From: the human T2T-CHM13v2.0 reference genome, Homo sapiens
Assembly: GCF_009914755.1 (NCBI RefSeq)
Contig: NC_060931.1
DNA length: 64,000 nt
Strand: one strand, 5' to 3'
Shown: positions 36,958 through 50,936 of the stretch, in pieces
Position numbering within the stretch: position 1 is the stretch's first letter
Layout of the letters: every line of letters starts with the position of its first letter
Made by a program: the position numbers and the translations under genes
Notes under the pieces: model-generated
The model's database searches: none
Told to the model about the DNA's origin: nothing
The model's input: the letters and a program-made list of their open reading frames with translations, nothing else

Positions 36958-37090
36958 GAAGCTGCACTGCACACGCAACTTCATCCACATGAACCTGTTT
37001 GTGTCGTTCATGCTGAGGGCGATCTCCGTCTTCATCAAAGACTGGATTCTGTATGCGGAGCAGGACAGCAACCACTGCTTCATCTCCACT
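36958..37090 (+). CDS. ADCYAP1R1: Exon 9: ICL1/TM2, [44 protein letters not shown]
   Basis: catgtag|GAAG ... ACT|gtgagt; 133 nt; class B LHCTRNxIHxNLF motif. Confidence 0.97.
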
Positions 37091-38031
37091 GTGAGTGAGC
37101 CAAGCAGACCCATTAGGGCTCTGCCGGGAAGGTCCCGCACCATCCCCTTGGTTCCCCAGGACGCACATTACCTGCCTGACACCCTGCAGATCAAGTGTGT
37201 CCCTGCAGGTGAAGGCATTGCCCCACCCCCCCGGTTTATGTGAAAACTCACGAATTAAGTTACTAGTAGCTGATGAGCCAATGTACGACATCACTTCCAG
37301 CCAAAATGCTTCCTGTCTCTTGGCCTGGGTGTTGCATTTGGCAAGGCAGAAGAGGAAGGTCAGGTGGGAACACCAAGTCCCACTTGAATGAAGAGGAAAC
37401 TGATGCTGAGAGAGGGCTTACCTAGCCCCTGGTCATTTAACTAGCCTGGGATGGAGCCCAGGTGCTGATTGGCCAGGGGTCTTTCCAGACACCTCCCCAG
37501 GTCTCACACTTCTGGAGGAGGTAGCATGTGGAGAAGCTGGTCTTTGAGGAGGTAGGTTAGGAAGAAGAGTGTAAAGTCCAGGGCCTTGACCAGGAGGACA
37601 TGCTTGGGGAGCCTCTATGAGTAGAGATTTCTGGAAGCTAGGAATATGTATCCCCCCACCTGAAAGGTGTCCAAATCCTCATTATACCAAGGAGCCTCCT
37701 GCAGGGTCCTCTGGCTGCTTCTCTCCCTACTCCTCTCCTCTGTGGGAGATAGGGAAGGAGCAGGAAAGTGAAGGAGGATGAGCTGGTGGTGGGGAGGCTC
37801 TGTGTCTGCCACCCGTCTTTGTCCTGTGTGTGCAGTTTTGCCTCCATGGGCAGCTTTGACTCAGAATCATGGGATGCTGCAATTTTCAACTCTTTGATCC
37901 AGGAATATTGACTCTCTTAGATCCTTGGGATGTTTGAACCTGAGCATGCCAGAGCCAACGGGCCCTAGGATTCTCCCTTGCTCCTGTTCCTGTTGGGCTC
38001 ACGCCCCTCACCCTGGCGCTTCTCCCTGCAG

Positions 38032-38185
38032 GTGGAATGTAAGGCCGTCATGGTTTTCTTCCACTACTGTGTTGTGTCCAACTACTTCTGGCTGTTCATC
38101 GAGGGCCTGTACCTCTTCACTCTGCTGGTGGAGACCTTCTTCCCTGAAAGGAGATACTTCTACTGGTACACCATCATTGGCTGGG
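38032..38185 (+). CDS. ADCYAP1R1: Exon 10: TM3/ICL2, [51 protein letters not shown]
   Basis: ccctgcag|GTG ... TGGG|gtaggt; 154 nt. Confidence 0.97.
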
Positions 38186-38590
38186 GTAGGTTCCTGGCTG
38201 TGGCTTGGACAGGTTCAGGTCCCGTGGTCAGGTGTGTCCAGGTGTGTCTTTGGTTCCATCTTCAGGAAGTGTCAGGTGAGGAGGGGCCACTGCCCTGCCC
38301 GAGTCTAATGGCCTAGGCTCTGTCTTGGACTCTTTCTCAATCTTCTTGCCTGTGGAAAGCCCACTATCTCAGGGAGGAGTTAAATCCAGGAGTCCTCTGA
38401 GAGACAAGACAGCCCTTGGTCTGAGGGAGATATAGACCCTCAGGAGGCCTGGGTGTGAGGGACAGTTAGAATTCCCAGGAATTCCAAGTCTCATGGGGGA
38501 GCAATAGCCTCTCGGAGCCCCAGGTCTACGGTGGACATTGGACATGTTGGTTTTCCTGTTCTCACGGACCTCTTTTTCTTGTTCTCCCAG

Positions 38591-38651
38591 GGACCCCAAC
38601 TGTGTGTGTGACAGTGTGGGCTACGCTGAGACTCTACTTTGATGACACAGG
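38591..38651 (+). CDS. ADCYAP1R1: Exon 11: TM4, (G)TPTVCVTVWATLRLYFDDT(G)
   Basis: ttctcccag|GG ... ACAGG|gttagt; 61 nt. Confidence 0.96.
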
Positions 38652-39274
38652 GTTAGTACATGCGCGAGAGTCAGGGCCACAGCACAGAGTAGATTCTTAC
38701 AGATGGGTTCTCAGTAGCTGCCCTGACTTCACATGAACTGCCCGCAACAAACCATTCAATGCCAGGCCCAGACTAAAGCCCAGCACTGGGCACCACCTGA
38801 GCCATGGCCCCATGCAGGTGACCCACCCAGCTGCGTCTCAGCCAGCAACCCAGCAAGAGAATGTGCTAGGTGTCTGAGCCCTTGTCTACTTCTGTACTCA
38901 GCTGAGTGTCTGTTTTGCTTTTAGGGAGGGGATGAAGCATGTTGAGGGGGAGGTCACATCCTAAGAGCTGTAGGTCTTATGGGGAAAAATGGTCCTTTCC
39001 CAGGAGCTCACTGGTGATACTGACTTTTGGGCTTCATGCCCTGCCTTGATAGGTGAGCAGAGGGAAAGATAGAGGCTCAGAAGGAGGGGATTTTCAGAGC
39101 CAGGACCAGGCTGGAGTCTGTAGCCCGCTGGAGAGCTCTTGTTCCAGCCAGCCCCTCCTCAGAGAGCTGCGGTGGTGAAAGTGTCGGGCACCCAGCTAGG
39201 CAGGGCAGTGTCCCGCAGGCTTCTATGCTGCCGACTCACAGACGTGATCTTGCTTCTCTCTGTCCATCTTTCAG

Positions 39275-39344
39275 CTGCTGGGATATGAATGACAGCACAG
39301 CTCTGTGGTGGGTGATCAAAGGCCCTGTGGTTGGCTCTATCATG
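39275..39344 (+). CDS. ADCYAP1R1: Exon 12: ECL2/TM5, [23 protein letters not shown]
   Basis: atctttcag|C ... ATG|gtgagt; 70 nt; CWD motif. Confidence 0.97.
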
Positions 39345-39459
39345 GTGAGTGTCCTTGGGATGAAGAGGAAGGGAAGAGACAGGGTCTTGGGCAGAAAGGC
39401 ACGCGAGGAAGAGAAATGAAAGAGTCCCCACACAACCTGACTTCCTCCTCTGTCATGGC

Positions 39460-42040
39460 TGCATTATAATCTGTAACAGGGATGCACAAACTCTTTAGCT
39501 ATTCCCCTAACACTGGAGATTTATATTGTCCCATTTTTTCCTTATTACAAAAAATAGAAATAGTTTTGTGCATAATTTTGAGCATGTGGAAATATTTCTT
39601 TAGAATAAATCCTTAGAAGTGGAATTGCTGGGTTGAAAGGGGTACACATTTAAAATTTCAGATCCCAAATTGCTTTGCAAAAACCCTTTAACAATTTATT
39701 CCTCCTCAGGAAGAGTGATTCATTTCCCCATTTCATTGTCTACGCTTAATCAATAATTTAATTTTTTGCACAGGCTTCTGGAGGATAATGCTGGCTTATA
39801 ATTTTAATGTACATTTCTCCATCTCGCTAGCGTAACTGAGCACTTGTTTCCAAACATTAATTGACAATTTGTTTTTATCGTGAATATTCCTGTTTATTTC
39901 TCTTGTTCAGTTTTCTATCAGATTTTATTAGTTACAGTTTAAAGGATAGTTAACACTTCCGATGTTGTGTATGTTGCAAGTATATTTCCATTTCTGCATA
40001 GCATTTATACAGTCAAATGGTCAAGATTTCCCTTAGTGAATTCCAAGCCTTATTTCTGGTTGATGGAGGCCTTTCCCAACCCAAGACATAAAAATATTGT
40101 TCTTGTTTGTAACACTTTTGTGGATGTAAAACAAAGTCTACACTTTTTGTGGACTATTACATGTGCATCTTCAATCCAGCTGAAATTTTATTGTTTTGTC
40201 TGGTCTGAAATGATATTCAATTTTATCTAATTTTCAATGGATGGACATTCTACCCTCTCAATCCTTTTTATTGAATCCTTTCTCCATTATGTTGAAATGT
40301 CATTTTATTATAAACACTCAATATACTGGTCTTTGGTTCCAGACTTTCTATTCTGTGTTACTAATGTATTTGTCCATTCCCATGGCAGATGCACCATTAT
40401 GCTAGTTACTGTAACCTTGTAGCATGTTCTGGTATGCAGATTTTCCCTTCATTATTCTTTTGTTTTCTTCAGATTTTCCTTGCACGTTTACTGTTTCTGG
40501 TGTACTTTTGAATATCCTTGTCAAGTTGCACCAAAAATGTCTAGTTAAGATTTGTGTAGGAATTGCATTGCGTTTACAGACTAATTTGGAGGAGAATTTA
40601 TTTTCTTAAAAGATTGAGTCATCCTCTCCAAGAATGTGGCATGATTCTCCATGTATTCAGTCTTTCTTATAGAGTCATTTTGGTTAAGTTTTTTAGTTTT
40701 CTTCCTTGTTCTTGTTATGTTTACCTCTAAGGTGTTTTCCAGTTTGGGCTTTAAGTGAGTCTAGGAATCATTCTTTCATTGTATTTTCTAATGGGCTATT
40801 GCTGGTGTACAGGAAAGCTATTGTTTTTTATGTATTGTGTCCTTTCTTAGTTGTGTTTCTGAATTCTCTTATTGGTTTTTATCCCTTTTCACTTGGTTCT
40901 CATGGATTTTCTAGGTGGAAAATTATATAATCTTCAAATGAAAATAAATTTTGCTCTTTCTTTCCAGTGTTTACATCTCTTGGCCCTTGTTTTGTAGGGA
41001 TGATGTTTGCTCTAGTTTTGGCAGTTACCCTTCATTGAATTGGGAAAGTTTTTCATCTTGGCTTGTTTCAGTTTTTTTTTTTTTTTTTTAATCAGGAATG
41101 GGTATTGAATTGTATCAAATGTGTTTTGGAGGCATTCATTCAAGTAATGATTTATTTAGTCATGGCTATTTATAGTATTCCACTTTTCCTTCATTATGAG
41201 CAGTGCCGCAATGAATATATTTGTGCATATCTTGAGCATACGTGAATACGTCCTTAGAATAAATCTCAAGAGTGGAATTTCTGGGACGAAGGGTATGTAC
41301 ATTTAACATTTTCATGCAGATCAGATTGCTCTCAATGAGCAAGGTACAAGAGCGCTCATTTCCCATGTCTTTGTTGATGTTTCTGTTGCTGAATTATACT
41401 TGCTGGTCTTATGGAGGATAATGGAAGCTTGTTTTAATCTGTTATTGTAACAAATATTAGATTTTTGGGGGTGCATTTCTGGGATAAAACCTTTATTAAC
41501 ATGATCTGTTTATTCTTTTACTGTATTGCTAAATTTTGTTTTTTAATATTTTGTTTAAAGTTTTTGGCATTGTTCATAAAATTCTATGGTCTTAGGTACA
41601 CGTGTGTGTGTATCTGTGTGTTTTCTCTCCTTATTCTGTTTTTGTAGCAAAATTTTGTTAGCCTCATAGGTAATCCTGAAGGTTTTCTTTTTTTTATTTG
41701 CCTTGAAACAATTAAGCAGTATGTAAATTACATCTTTGTTAATGTTATTCTGGAACTGGTCTATAAAATTATCTGGACCTGGTACCTTTTAATGCATACA
41801 CCTTTAACTACTTTTTAACTTCTTCTGAGGTTATTGCTCTACTTAGATTTTCTATTTCTTCTTACGTTGATTTTGTTGATATTTATTTTCCCATCTTATT
41901 CAATTTTCTCTCATCATTTAAAATATTGTGTATGTCTATTGTCTTGCCATCTTTCTCATTCCTAAATTTGTTTAATTATATTTTCTCCTTTTTCATTGAC
42001 TAACACATACAGTTAGCAGTATTACTAAGTACCAGGTATT
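39460..42040 (-). mobile_element. Old, degenerate L1M-type LINE fragments (AT-rich block in intron 12)
   Basis: agaagtggaattgctgggttgaaagg; gaattgcattg...tttacagactaatttggaggag; gtacaggaaagctattgtttttta; tatctggacctggt. Confidence 0.7.
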
Positions 42041-42049
42041 GATGTTTTT

Positions 42050-43345
42050 CCTTTTTTTAAAAATAATTTCAACTTTTATTTTAGATCCAGGGAATACATG
42101 TGCAGGTTTGTTACATAGGTATATCACATGATGCTGAAGTTATGGGTACAATTGATCCCGTCACCCAGGTAGTGAGCATATTACCCAACAGTTAGTTTTT
42201 CATCCCTTGCCCCGATCCTCCCACCCTGTCTAGTAGTTCCCAGTGTCCATTGTTGCCATTTTTATGTCCATGAGTGCTCAATGTTTAGCTCCCACGTCTA
42301 AGTGAGAACACGTGGTATTTGGTTTTTCTGTTTCTCTGTTAATTCACTTAGGATAATGGCCTCCAGCTGTGTCCATGTTGCCGTAAAGGATGTGGCTACA
42401 TTCTTTTTATGGCTGTGTAGTAGTCCATGGTGTATACGTGCCACATTTTCTTTATCCAATCCACTATCGATGGGCACCTATGTGGGTCCCATGTCTTTGC
42501 TACTGTGAATAGTGCTGTGATGAACATACCAATGCGTGTGTCTTTTTTGTAGAATGATATATTTTCCTTTGGGCATATACTCAGTAATGGGATTGCTGGG
42601 TCTAATGATGGTTCTGTTTTAAGTTCTTTGAGAAATCTCCAAACTACTTTCCATGGTGGCTGAATTAATTTACATTCCCACCAACAGTGTTTCCATGTTC
42701 CCTTTTCTCTGCTGCCTCCCCAGCATCTGTTGTCTTTTGACTTTTTAGTAATAGCCATTCTGACTGGTGTGAGATGGTATCTCATTGTGGTTTTGATTCT
42801 CATTTCTCTGATGATTAGTGCTGTGGAGCATTTTTTCATATGTTTGCTGGCTGCTTGTACATCTTCTTTAGAGAAGTATCCATTTATATCTTTTGCCCAA
42901 TTTTTAATAAGATTATTTGTCTTTTGCTTTTGAATTGAGTTCCTTATAGATGCTGGATATTAGACCTTTGTTGGATGCATAATTTGCAAATATATTCTCC
43001 CATTCTGTAGGTTGTCTGTTTGCTCTGTTGACAGTTTCTTTTGCTGTGAAGTTCTTTAGTTTAATTAGGTCCCACTTGTCAATTTTTGATTTTGTTGCAA
43101 TTGCTTTTGAGGACATAGCCATAAATTCTTTCCCAAGGCCTATGTCCAGAATGGTGGTTCCTAGGTTTTCTTCTAGGACTTTTATAGTTTGAGGTCTTAT
43201 CTTTAAGTCTTTAGTTCATCTTTAGTTAAATTTTGAATATGGTGTAAGGAAGGGGTCCAGTTTCACTCTTCTGCCTATGGTGAACCAGCAATCCCAGCAT
43301 CATTTACTGAATAGGGAGTCCTTTCCCCGTTGCTTATTTTCGTAA
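42050..43345 (-). mobile_element. 5'-truncated primate L1 (older L1PA type): 3'UTR plus ORF2 C-terminus
   Basis: tttcaacttttattttagat...tacatgtgcaggtttgttacat 3' end; minus-strand ORFs 42396-42839 ([20 protein letters not shown]) and 42913-43122 ([11 protein letters not shown]) are L1 ORF2 peptides. Confidence 0.93.
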
Positions 43346-44291
43346 ACTTCAGACACTGATCAAACTGGGCATTGTAGCAGAGAACACGATTGACAGAATC
43401 CTGCCCTCATGAAACAGCCTTTGTCATTCAATTCATCTGTAAAAACCAACAAACAAGATAAAAGCAAAAATAAAACTTTATTTTTATTGATCAGTTCTCC
43501 TATTTTTTCTTATTTCTTTCTGATAATTTTTTATAATTATTAATTTCTTTCTTATATAAGTTACGTTTGTGGTAATCTTTCCCTAGCTCTTGATTTGAAT
43601 GCTTAAGTGTTTTTCAGTATTTATTGTTTTTTTAATCAGTTAGTTTTTGGCTCTTCATTTTTTTCTCCAAGGGCTGCTTTGGCTATGCCTGAAAGACATT
43701 GATGTGTAGTCCTGTGGAGTCCTGTCATTGTGCCTTGTTTCTATTTCTTTGCTTCCCTTCCTCCTCCTTTGTGACCGTTCACATAGCTTCCTACTTTGTT
43801 TAGGAAGCTTTTGTCCCTAGTCTTTATCTGAAGGCAATGCTACTATTACCACTCCCAGGCAGCCCTTTAATTAGCAATGCTTATGGCTGTCCATTCTGGT
43901 TCCCCATATTTGATGACTCTGAACTTGGAATTTCTCTACAGAACAACTCTCACTTCTGCAATAGTCTTACTTTATCTCTTTTGGGCTGTAGTTTTCCCAT
44001 CACCCTGATCCTGTTTTCTCTTTCTCTTTTAGAAATGGCTTACTTTTCTGACTTACTCATGATGTCCTTTCCTATTTCCCGTACTTCTATGGAATCCTTT
44101 TTCTTCTATCTCTTCCTTCATTTTAATGATACTGTGGGAGGCTGGAGAGATAAATGGGAATTATCACACCGCCATCTTGGATTAGAAGTGTAGATGGGAT
44201 CTTGACTAGGTGGGGGAGGGTCCTGCTGGGGAAATAATAGCATCTTTGCCCAGAATCATGTCCATCTGCTTTTTTTTTTTTTGCTCCTTAG

Positions 44292-44383
44292 GTTAACTTT
44301 GTGCTTTTTATTGGCATTATCGTCATCCTTGTGCAGAAACTTCAGTCTCCAGACATGGGAGGCAATGAGTCCAGCATCTACTT
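44292..44383 (+). CDS. ADCYAP1R1: Exon 13: TM5/ICL3, [30 protein letters not shown](L/F)
   Basis: poly-T tract, ctccttag|GTT ... TACTT|gtaagt; 92 nt, ends phase 2. Confidence 0.97.
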
Positions 44384-47315
44384 GTAAGTACCATTGTGTG
44401 GCTGCCACAGCCATTTCTGACAGCCGAGCGGGCCCTGCATTCAGGTCACAGCAGAAGGCGGCCTGGGCTTTGCTGATAGGGTGACCTAGCATCAGCATTT
44501 GCAGATCTTCTTCTGATTAAAGAGCCTTTAATATAGTTGCCCTTCCAGAATTCAGCAAACCCAGGAGCTCCTCAGCTGCATGGCCATCATATGGATGGGC
44601 AGGAAGAGAGAGAGAGAGAGAGAGCCTGAGAGAGAGACTGACTAGGAAAGTCAAGAAGGAAAACATCAGATTTCCTAAGGGAGGTAGGGTCTTGGTTGGT
44701 TAGAAGTTGAGTTTCCTTTGGGGTTCCTGGTTCTGTGGGAAGCTCATGAATACCACTGAATACATTGTTGCCTGATATTCCGACCCCCAGCCCAGACTGT
44801 GGAAGTTGCCCAGTTCCCACTAGCGAGTCAGGCGGACACATTCTCACTGGTCTGGGTGTTGGAAGGTGGGTACTTTCTTTCCTCCACAGGCCCTCGGGGC
44901 AGCTCTACCTCTGCATGTGGTCCTATTTCTTCAACTCCTTCCTTTCTGATGAACATCTAATTGGTTGGGGATTATTGGGTTACAGGGCAGCCTCTTACCA
45001 TAGAGCGTAGGGCTTTCTCCACTTCCATGGCCACTTGATTTCCAAGAAGTATTTCTGCAGTCATGTCCCTAACAGCCTATCTTTGCCTGCCCTTTCCCAT
45101 TTCTCTCTCCGCCCTGTCTCATTATGAAATCAGACATAGCAGCTTCCACCTCCCATCTCTGGCTGTGAATGGGAGCATGACCAGCTGGGTGTGTGGGGTA
45201 TGAGGACATTTCTGATGCTGGGGAGGAAGGTTGGTTGTCCCCTGTGGTTGGCTGGAGGGGTGGATGGGCACACTCTGGTTCTGAGGGCAGTCCTTGGGGT
45301 CCGTCTGTTGGTAAGGCAAAAGCCCTATGTGTGGCTTCTCCGCTCCTTCAGAAGAAAGCAGATGAGGAGGAGCTGAGGTATCTTCACTGGGTGCCTCATT
45401 GGGTCCATGGTCCTGCCTTCATCAGAGACCCCAGTAGATGCTGGGGTCACAGCATCTACTGGCTGCCCAGTAGATGACAAGTGGGACAGTGAGAGATCCC
45501 AGTACAGGGTTCCCCCAGGGTCCCCTTCCTCAGCCATTCTCCTAGAGGGAGAGGCAAGAACTGCTCGGAGACCAAATCCTAGATCCTTCCCTAAGGCTCC
45601 CTGAGGCTTCCTCAGGGAGGTGGAGCTTGTTCTTGGTCTGTCAATCTGTTCAGCCTGGGGAACTCCCCATGTGGAAACCCTTCCTCAGGGGTGGGGGACT
45701 AGCACAGGGCCTGGGGTGTTCAGCCAGGTTTTTTCTACCTATACAATGATTACATTACATTGGAAAAAGTGCTTTTTTTCCTATCCATTTACTGTTTTTT
45801 CTTTCATGTTTTTGCAAGTTTTTACCAATTCTTGCTTATATGTGTATATTATGTAGTAGAAAATTATTCATCAATATAAATCATAAAGTCTTAGAGGCCC
45901 TGCCCTGTGGGGTGGGGGGCCAGCCCTTTGCTACTACATAACCTGCCCTAGAGATAGCATTCCTGCCTTCATCTCAAGGATTCACAAAATAGGGCCCCGC
46001 TGCTCGCCTCATCTCCTGTCTAGTGTTGGACACTGCCCTTGTGTCTGGCCTCAGTTTCTCCTGCTTGGGCGTGGATCAGGTCACACACTAATAGTTGTCT
46101 CCCATATTTGAAGCTGGCAGGGAGCTAAGTCAACCTCATCTCTCGTTTGAGCTCTAGTGGTCTTGATTTCCTCCCCTTCCTGGTAGGATTTGTTCTTCTA
46201 CTGAGGGCCCCCCAACCTCTTCTCTGGGGGGGTCCTCTCAGCTTTCCCTACTAAATAGGATACCCTACTGAACCCTGAACATACTTTGCCAACTCAGACA
46301 TTCTGCTTTGGGCAGCAAGAACCCCCAGGGCCTGGTGGGAAAGAAGTGCCAGCCAAGGTTTCAGGTTCTCCACGGACCAGGAGCCTTGAGTCTTGTTAGG
46401 TCTTCCTCATGCATAGATAAGAGCTACCTGTAATTAGCACATGGTTTATACATTTAAGTACTGTATTAATCTGGGACATTTAAAGATCCAGCTAGTTGGT
46501 TTGCTTCTGGCATTAAAAAAAAAATCCCTTTGCAATCTCAGCAAATCTTTTTTTTTTAGAGAAAGTCAAACCTCTGCTAGTCTTGAGTGCCCATGATTAA
46601 AAACTCAGATGGACAAAGTCTGTGAGAGTGGGAGTGCCCACACAGGACAGGGAATCAGCTTGATCCCATTCAGTCCAGCAGCATGTTTGAGTGACAGGGT
46701 CAAGGAGACCCTGTCGGCCAAAGTGAGTAGTAATCCAATTGACCACACTGCTAAGAACTGTAGAGCACTTGGAAATACTCGCGACCACATCCATGCACAT
46801 TTAACACCTGCAAACATCCAGTGAATCTGGTGGAATAGGTAAACCACTGTCAAATAGAATCACCATGTTACAGCTGAGGGAACTAGTTATCAGTGAAGTG
46901 ACGTGAATCCAGGAGGAAGGAGGATGCCATGGCTGTGGTGCGGGCAGGCCTTTCACCCCAAGCTTGACAGCACCGTCATCCCTGTCCTCAAGGAATGCAC
47001 AGATGAAAAGATAGCATTAAACAAGTGTGCAAAATTAGGCTTCCTGGAAGAAGAGGCCCCTGGTGGGTTCCAGCCTGTGTGAAAGCCCCCTCAGCCCAGA
47101 GTGCTTGGCAGAGCTGGCTTTGAGCTGGGAGGTGTCTGCACTGGGAGGAGGGGAGAATGTCAGGCGCAGGGGAGGTGAGAGGGCAGTGAATGGGGGGAGA
47201 GGGAGATTCCAGGGCTGTGCCAGAGTCCCCTGGGGTACCAGAGTTATGTGTGGGGCCAAGAAGCCCCTTCAGATCTGCCCACAACAGCTCTCCGGTTTTT
47301 TCCTCTTATTTCCAG

Positions 47316-47399
47316 AACAAATTTAAGCCCGCGAGTCCCCAAGAAAGCCCGAGAGGACCCCCTGCCTGTGCCCTCAGACCAGCATTCACTCCCTTTCCT
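47316..47399 (+). CDS. ADCYAP1R1: Alternative exon 14 'hip' cassette: TNLSPRVPKKAREDPLPVPSDQHSLPF(L), +28 aa in ICL3
   Basis: ttatttccag|A ... TTCCT|gtaggt; 84 nt, phase 2-2; matches the known hip peptide as I recall it. Confidence 0.92.
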
Positions 47400-49489
47400 G
47401 TAGGTTGGTTCCAGCTGCTCAGGTGATAAGGGTTTGTCCTCCATAGACCAAGACGGTATTCCTGGCCCAGCCTCAGAAGCACCTGATGGGGTCTGGGGCC
47501 TCTGCGGGGGGACGGTGGCACTGAGCCACTCGTCCTCTCTGACCTGATGCTCCTGGTAGGATGAGTGGCTGGGGACAGGACTTGGGCAGTGGGCATCAGG
47601 GGCTGGGTCAGGGCTTAGCATGTGCTCAGGGTCGACTTGGTCTGGGGCAGGGGTGAGGGGGGTTAGGGCTTAGCCCTCAGCTGGGGTTGGCATTAAGCCT
47701 CGGGTAGGTCAGGGTTAACTGGAGTTGACCTCTGTGAGCAGGTAACTGGTTCAGAAAGGGGAGAGGTGAGGCTTCCAGGGTAGACATTAACTGTTCGGGG
47801 AGAGCCTCAGCCCCCTGCCTTGAAGTGAGCCGGCTTCATTCTAGGGGTCTCCTCCCTGGAAGACAAGCACTGGAAGCTGCAGCTTGGGTGGAGGAGGGAA
47901 AACCCATTTGTACTCCCATGGGGTCTCCTTGGCCCCATTGGGGAGGATGCACACATCTCTGGAGATGGCTGTGCCGGGGCCAGGCAGAAGTGCGGCCAGG
48001 CAGCTTTCAGTCTAGAGGCTTCCTCCACATCCAGAGCCTTCCAGCTCACAAAGCCTCCATCTTCCACTTCCACAGCACCTCCTCCCCTGCCAAGGAGCAC
48101 CTGATCCTCAAAGTTCATGTTAGGGGCTGGCAGTAGGGACTAGTTACCCTCATGTTGCAGACAGAGAAACTGAGGCCCAGAGAAGGAAAATGGCACCACC
48201 TAAGATGACCCAGCAGTCAGTGGCTGAGCAAAACCCTGAGCTAGGGTGCCCAGACTTCTCAGCTGGGACCCCTCCAGACCGGCTGGGAGTATGGAGGAGT
48301 GGCTCGTCCTTGTGGTTGCGGAGGAGGTGGTGGTGGGCAGGAAGTTCCCAGGATCTGTGAGCTGTGCTGCTAGCTGGGGTGCCAGTGTGGTAGGGAGTAC
48401 TTCGAGGACTGGGCAGGGCTCCGGGGGTGCACAGCATCTTAGCATCAGGAGAGACCCTATGGAGTGTGTTCAGCTCAGTCCACCACATTCTGTGGACCTG
48501 GGCCAAGTGGCCAGCACCACAGTGATCCCTAGGAATGCAGACGTGAAGAAGACAGGGATGCTGCCTGCAAAGGGCTCCCTGCAGGTGTCTCTGTCTAGCG
48601 TTCCTCTGGGTGTTTCCCAGGGCTGTAGCCCAACCAACCCTGCACACCACAGCTGCGGAAGCATTTCTGGAGTTTGGCCCTCATAGAAACTGTGCTGGAT
48701 CCCCGGCTGACAGATGTGAGTGCTAAGACATGGAAATAGCTGTGACTTTCCTGCAGACACACAATGAAGCTGTGGCGTAGCCAGCCCCAGAGGCCAAGGC
48801 TCTCTGAAAGGCAGACGTGGGGGTGAGCCCTGCACCTGTGATAGGGTCTCCCACTTTCTGAGTCAGGCTGCTCTGCTCTCCAGACAGCCCCACCCAACAC
48901 CCTTGCCTGAGCTTTTAGTCTCTTTTGGATCCAACTCAGAATTTACCGCATCAGTCAGTCTAGGTTCATCCCTTCTTCCTGACTTAATTTATTTTCCCTT
49001 TTCCCTAATTGTCGTGACTTTTAAGACATTCTGACATCTTCCTTTCTCCCACCGTGTCTCTGGCTTTCCTGCACTATTTGTTCTTTTTCTTTTCCATGAG
49101 TCCTTTTGTGCAGAGCCATTGAAGGTTTGGGGAAAGCCTTTTCTTTAGACCCATCTCCTTCAAGAGCCCTCCAGGGCCAGTCCTCCCCCAAGCTGCTCCT
49201 TGATCTGCCCTCCCTGACCCCCATCAGAGCCACACAACTTTACCAGGTGCAGGGTTTCCCAGTGAACTTGTCACTAAATGGTCTTTGGAATACTTTCAAA
49301 AAATCCTTAAAAAAAATCAGAGGAGTCTGTGTTTACCATGGAAACATCTAGGGTCCGGGAGGGACAGGAACAATCTTGAAGCTAAAGAAAGCAGGGCTGC
49401 AGAGGAGAACTTCAGAATTTGGGGTGAAGGTTTAAGCTTGGCATGTAGGAGGCAACAGATACAGTTGGGGGGGGTCTCCTGGACCCTGA

Positions 49490-49846
<357 letters not shown>

Positions 49847-50054
49847 TGAGACTAACCAACTTTTCAGCTAGGAAAAGGTACATAATAAATTTGAAGAATA
49901 GAATAGGTACCATTTCTGTATACCCAGTTAAGCTATTTTAATTATTGAGAAAAACATACTTATTTGAGTCTGTCTCTTTGTATGACTGTGAAACAGACTT
50001 TTGACATTCATTGAGGAATCATGAAGAAACTTCTCAGATAGATGAATACCTCCT

Positions 50055-50218
50055 AATGGCGCTTCTCAAGCTTTGGCATGCATGTGGATCCCCCAGGGAT
50101 CTAGTTAAAATGCAGATTCTGACCACAGGTCCAAGGTGGCACCTGGGATTCTGCATTTCTAAGAAGCTCTCAGGTGGTGTTGGTGTTGATGGTCTGGGGA
50201 CTGCAGTCTGAGTAGCAA
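50055..50218. mobile_element. MER5A-like element
   Basis: cttctcaagcttt...gttaaaatgcagattctga...ttctgcatttctaagaagctctcaggtg. Confidence 0.75.
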
Positions 50219-50936
50219 AGCATCAAACCAAACCTCGGCATTCCTCTTCTGGAAAAGGGGATCTGTAGTGCCCACCTCACAGTGTGGTGTGAATTGAATG
50301 GTGCTGTTTGTTGAATGAGAACCCCAAATCCATTATGCACAGATGCAGCGGGGCGGGGGGGGGGGACCTGGGCTTGCCCCATCTTGGAAATGTGTGACAC
50401 AAATTCTGGCCTCAGCGAAACGACATGTCACCACCTGTCAGGTACCTTCAGGCTTACTCTTAAAGAGCTGGAATCACACAAGGCAGATCCTGAATGCCAA
50501 GGGTGTGGTCTCTGTAGCTGTCCTCATTTGCATCAAGTCCAATCTGATTTATTAATTCATTAACCAGCACCGGGAGACTCAGAGCCATGTGGTACCTGAG
50601 GAGAGTTAGTGAAGTAGCAAGTCTTTTGCAATCTGAGAAGATAATACAGCTCATCATCTATCTCTGACACATCTGTCAGAGAAGGGGAAAGTGTTCATGG
50701 CTTGTGTCAGCCCAAGTCCAAGCAGGACCACTGTGGGCTGGAGACACAGAGAGTCAGCCTGAGACCTGCCTGAGGAGACAGAAGTCCTGGGTCCACCCAG
50801 GAGAATGTAGAGTGAGACTGCAGCCTGGGCCCCCCTCCTTGAGGTGGTTTGTTTCTGCAAGCCATGGGGCAGTGCCCAAAGGTGCTCCTCTCAGTCTTCA
50901 GCCCCTGCCCATTGAACTTGTATCAAGAAGTCCAGC

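Noticed and set aside
42302-43122. ORFs resembling a reverse-transcriptase-family protein
   Set aside because: Fragmented ORF2 C-terminus of a truncated, inactive L1.
47655-47720. TTAGGG-like hexamers as an interstitial telomere
   Set aside because: Only scattered single units, no tandem array; treated instead as possible nuclear-receptor half-sites.
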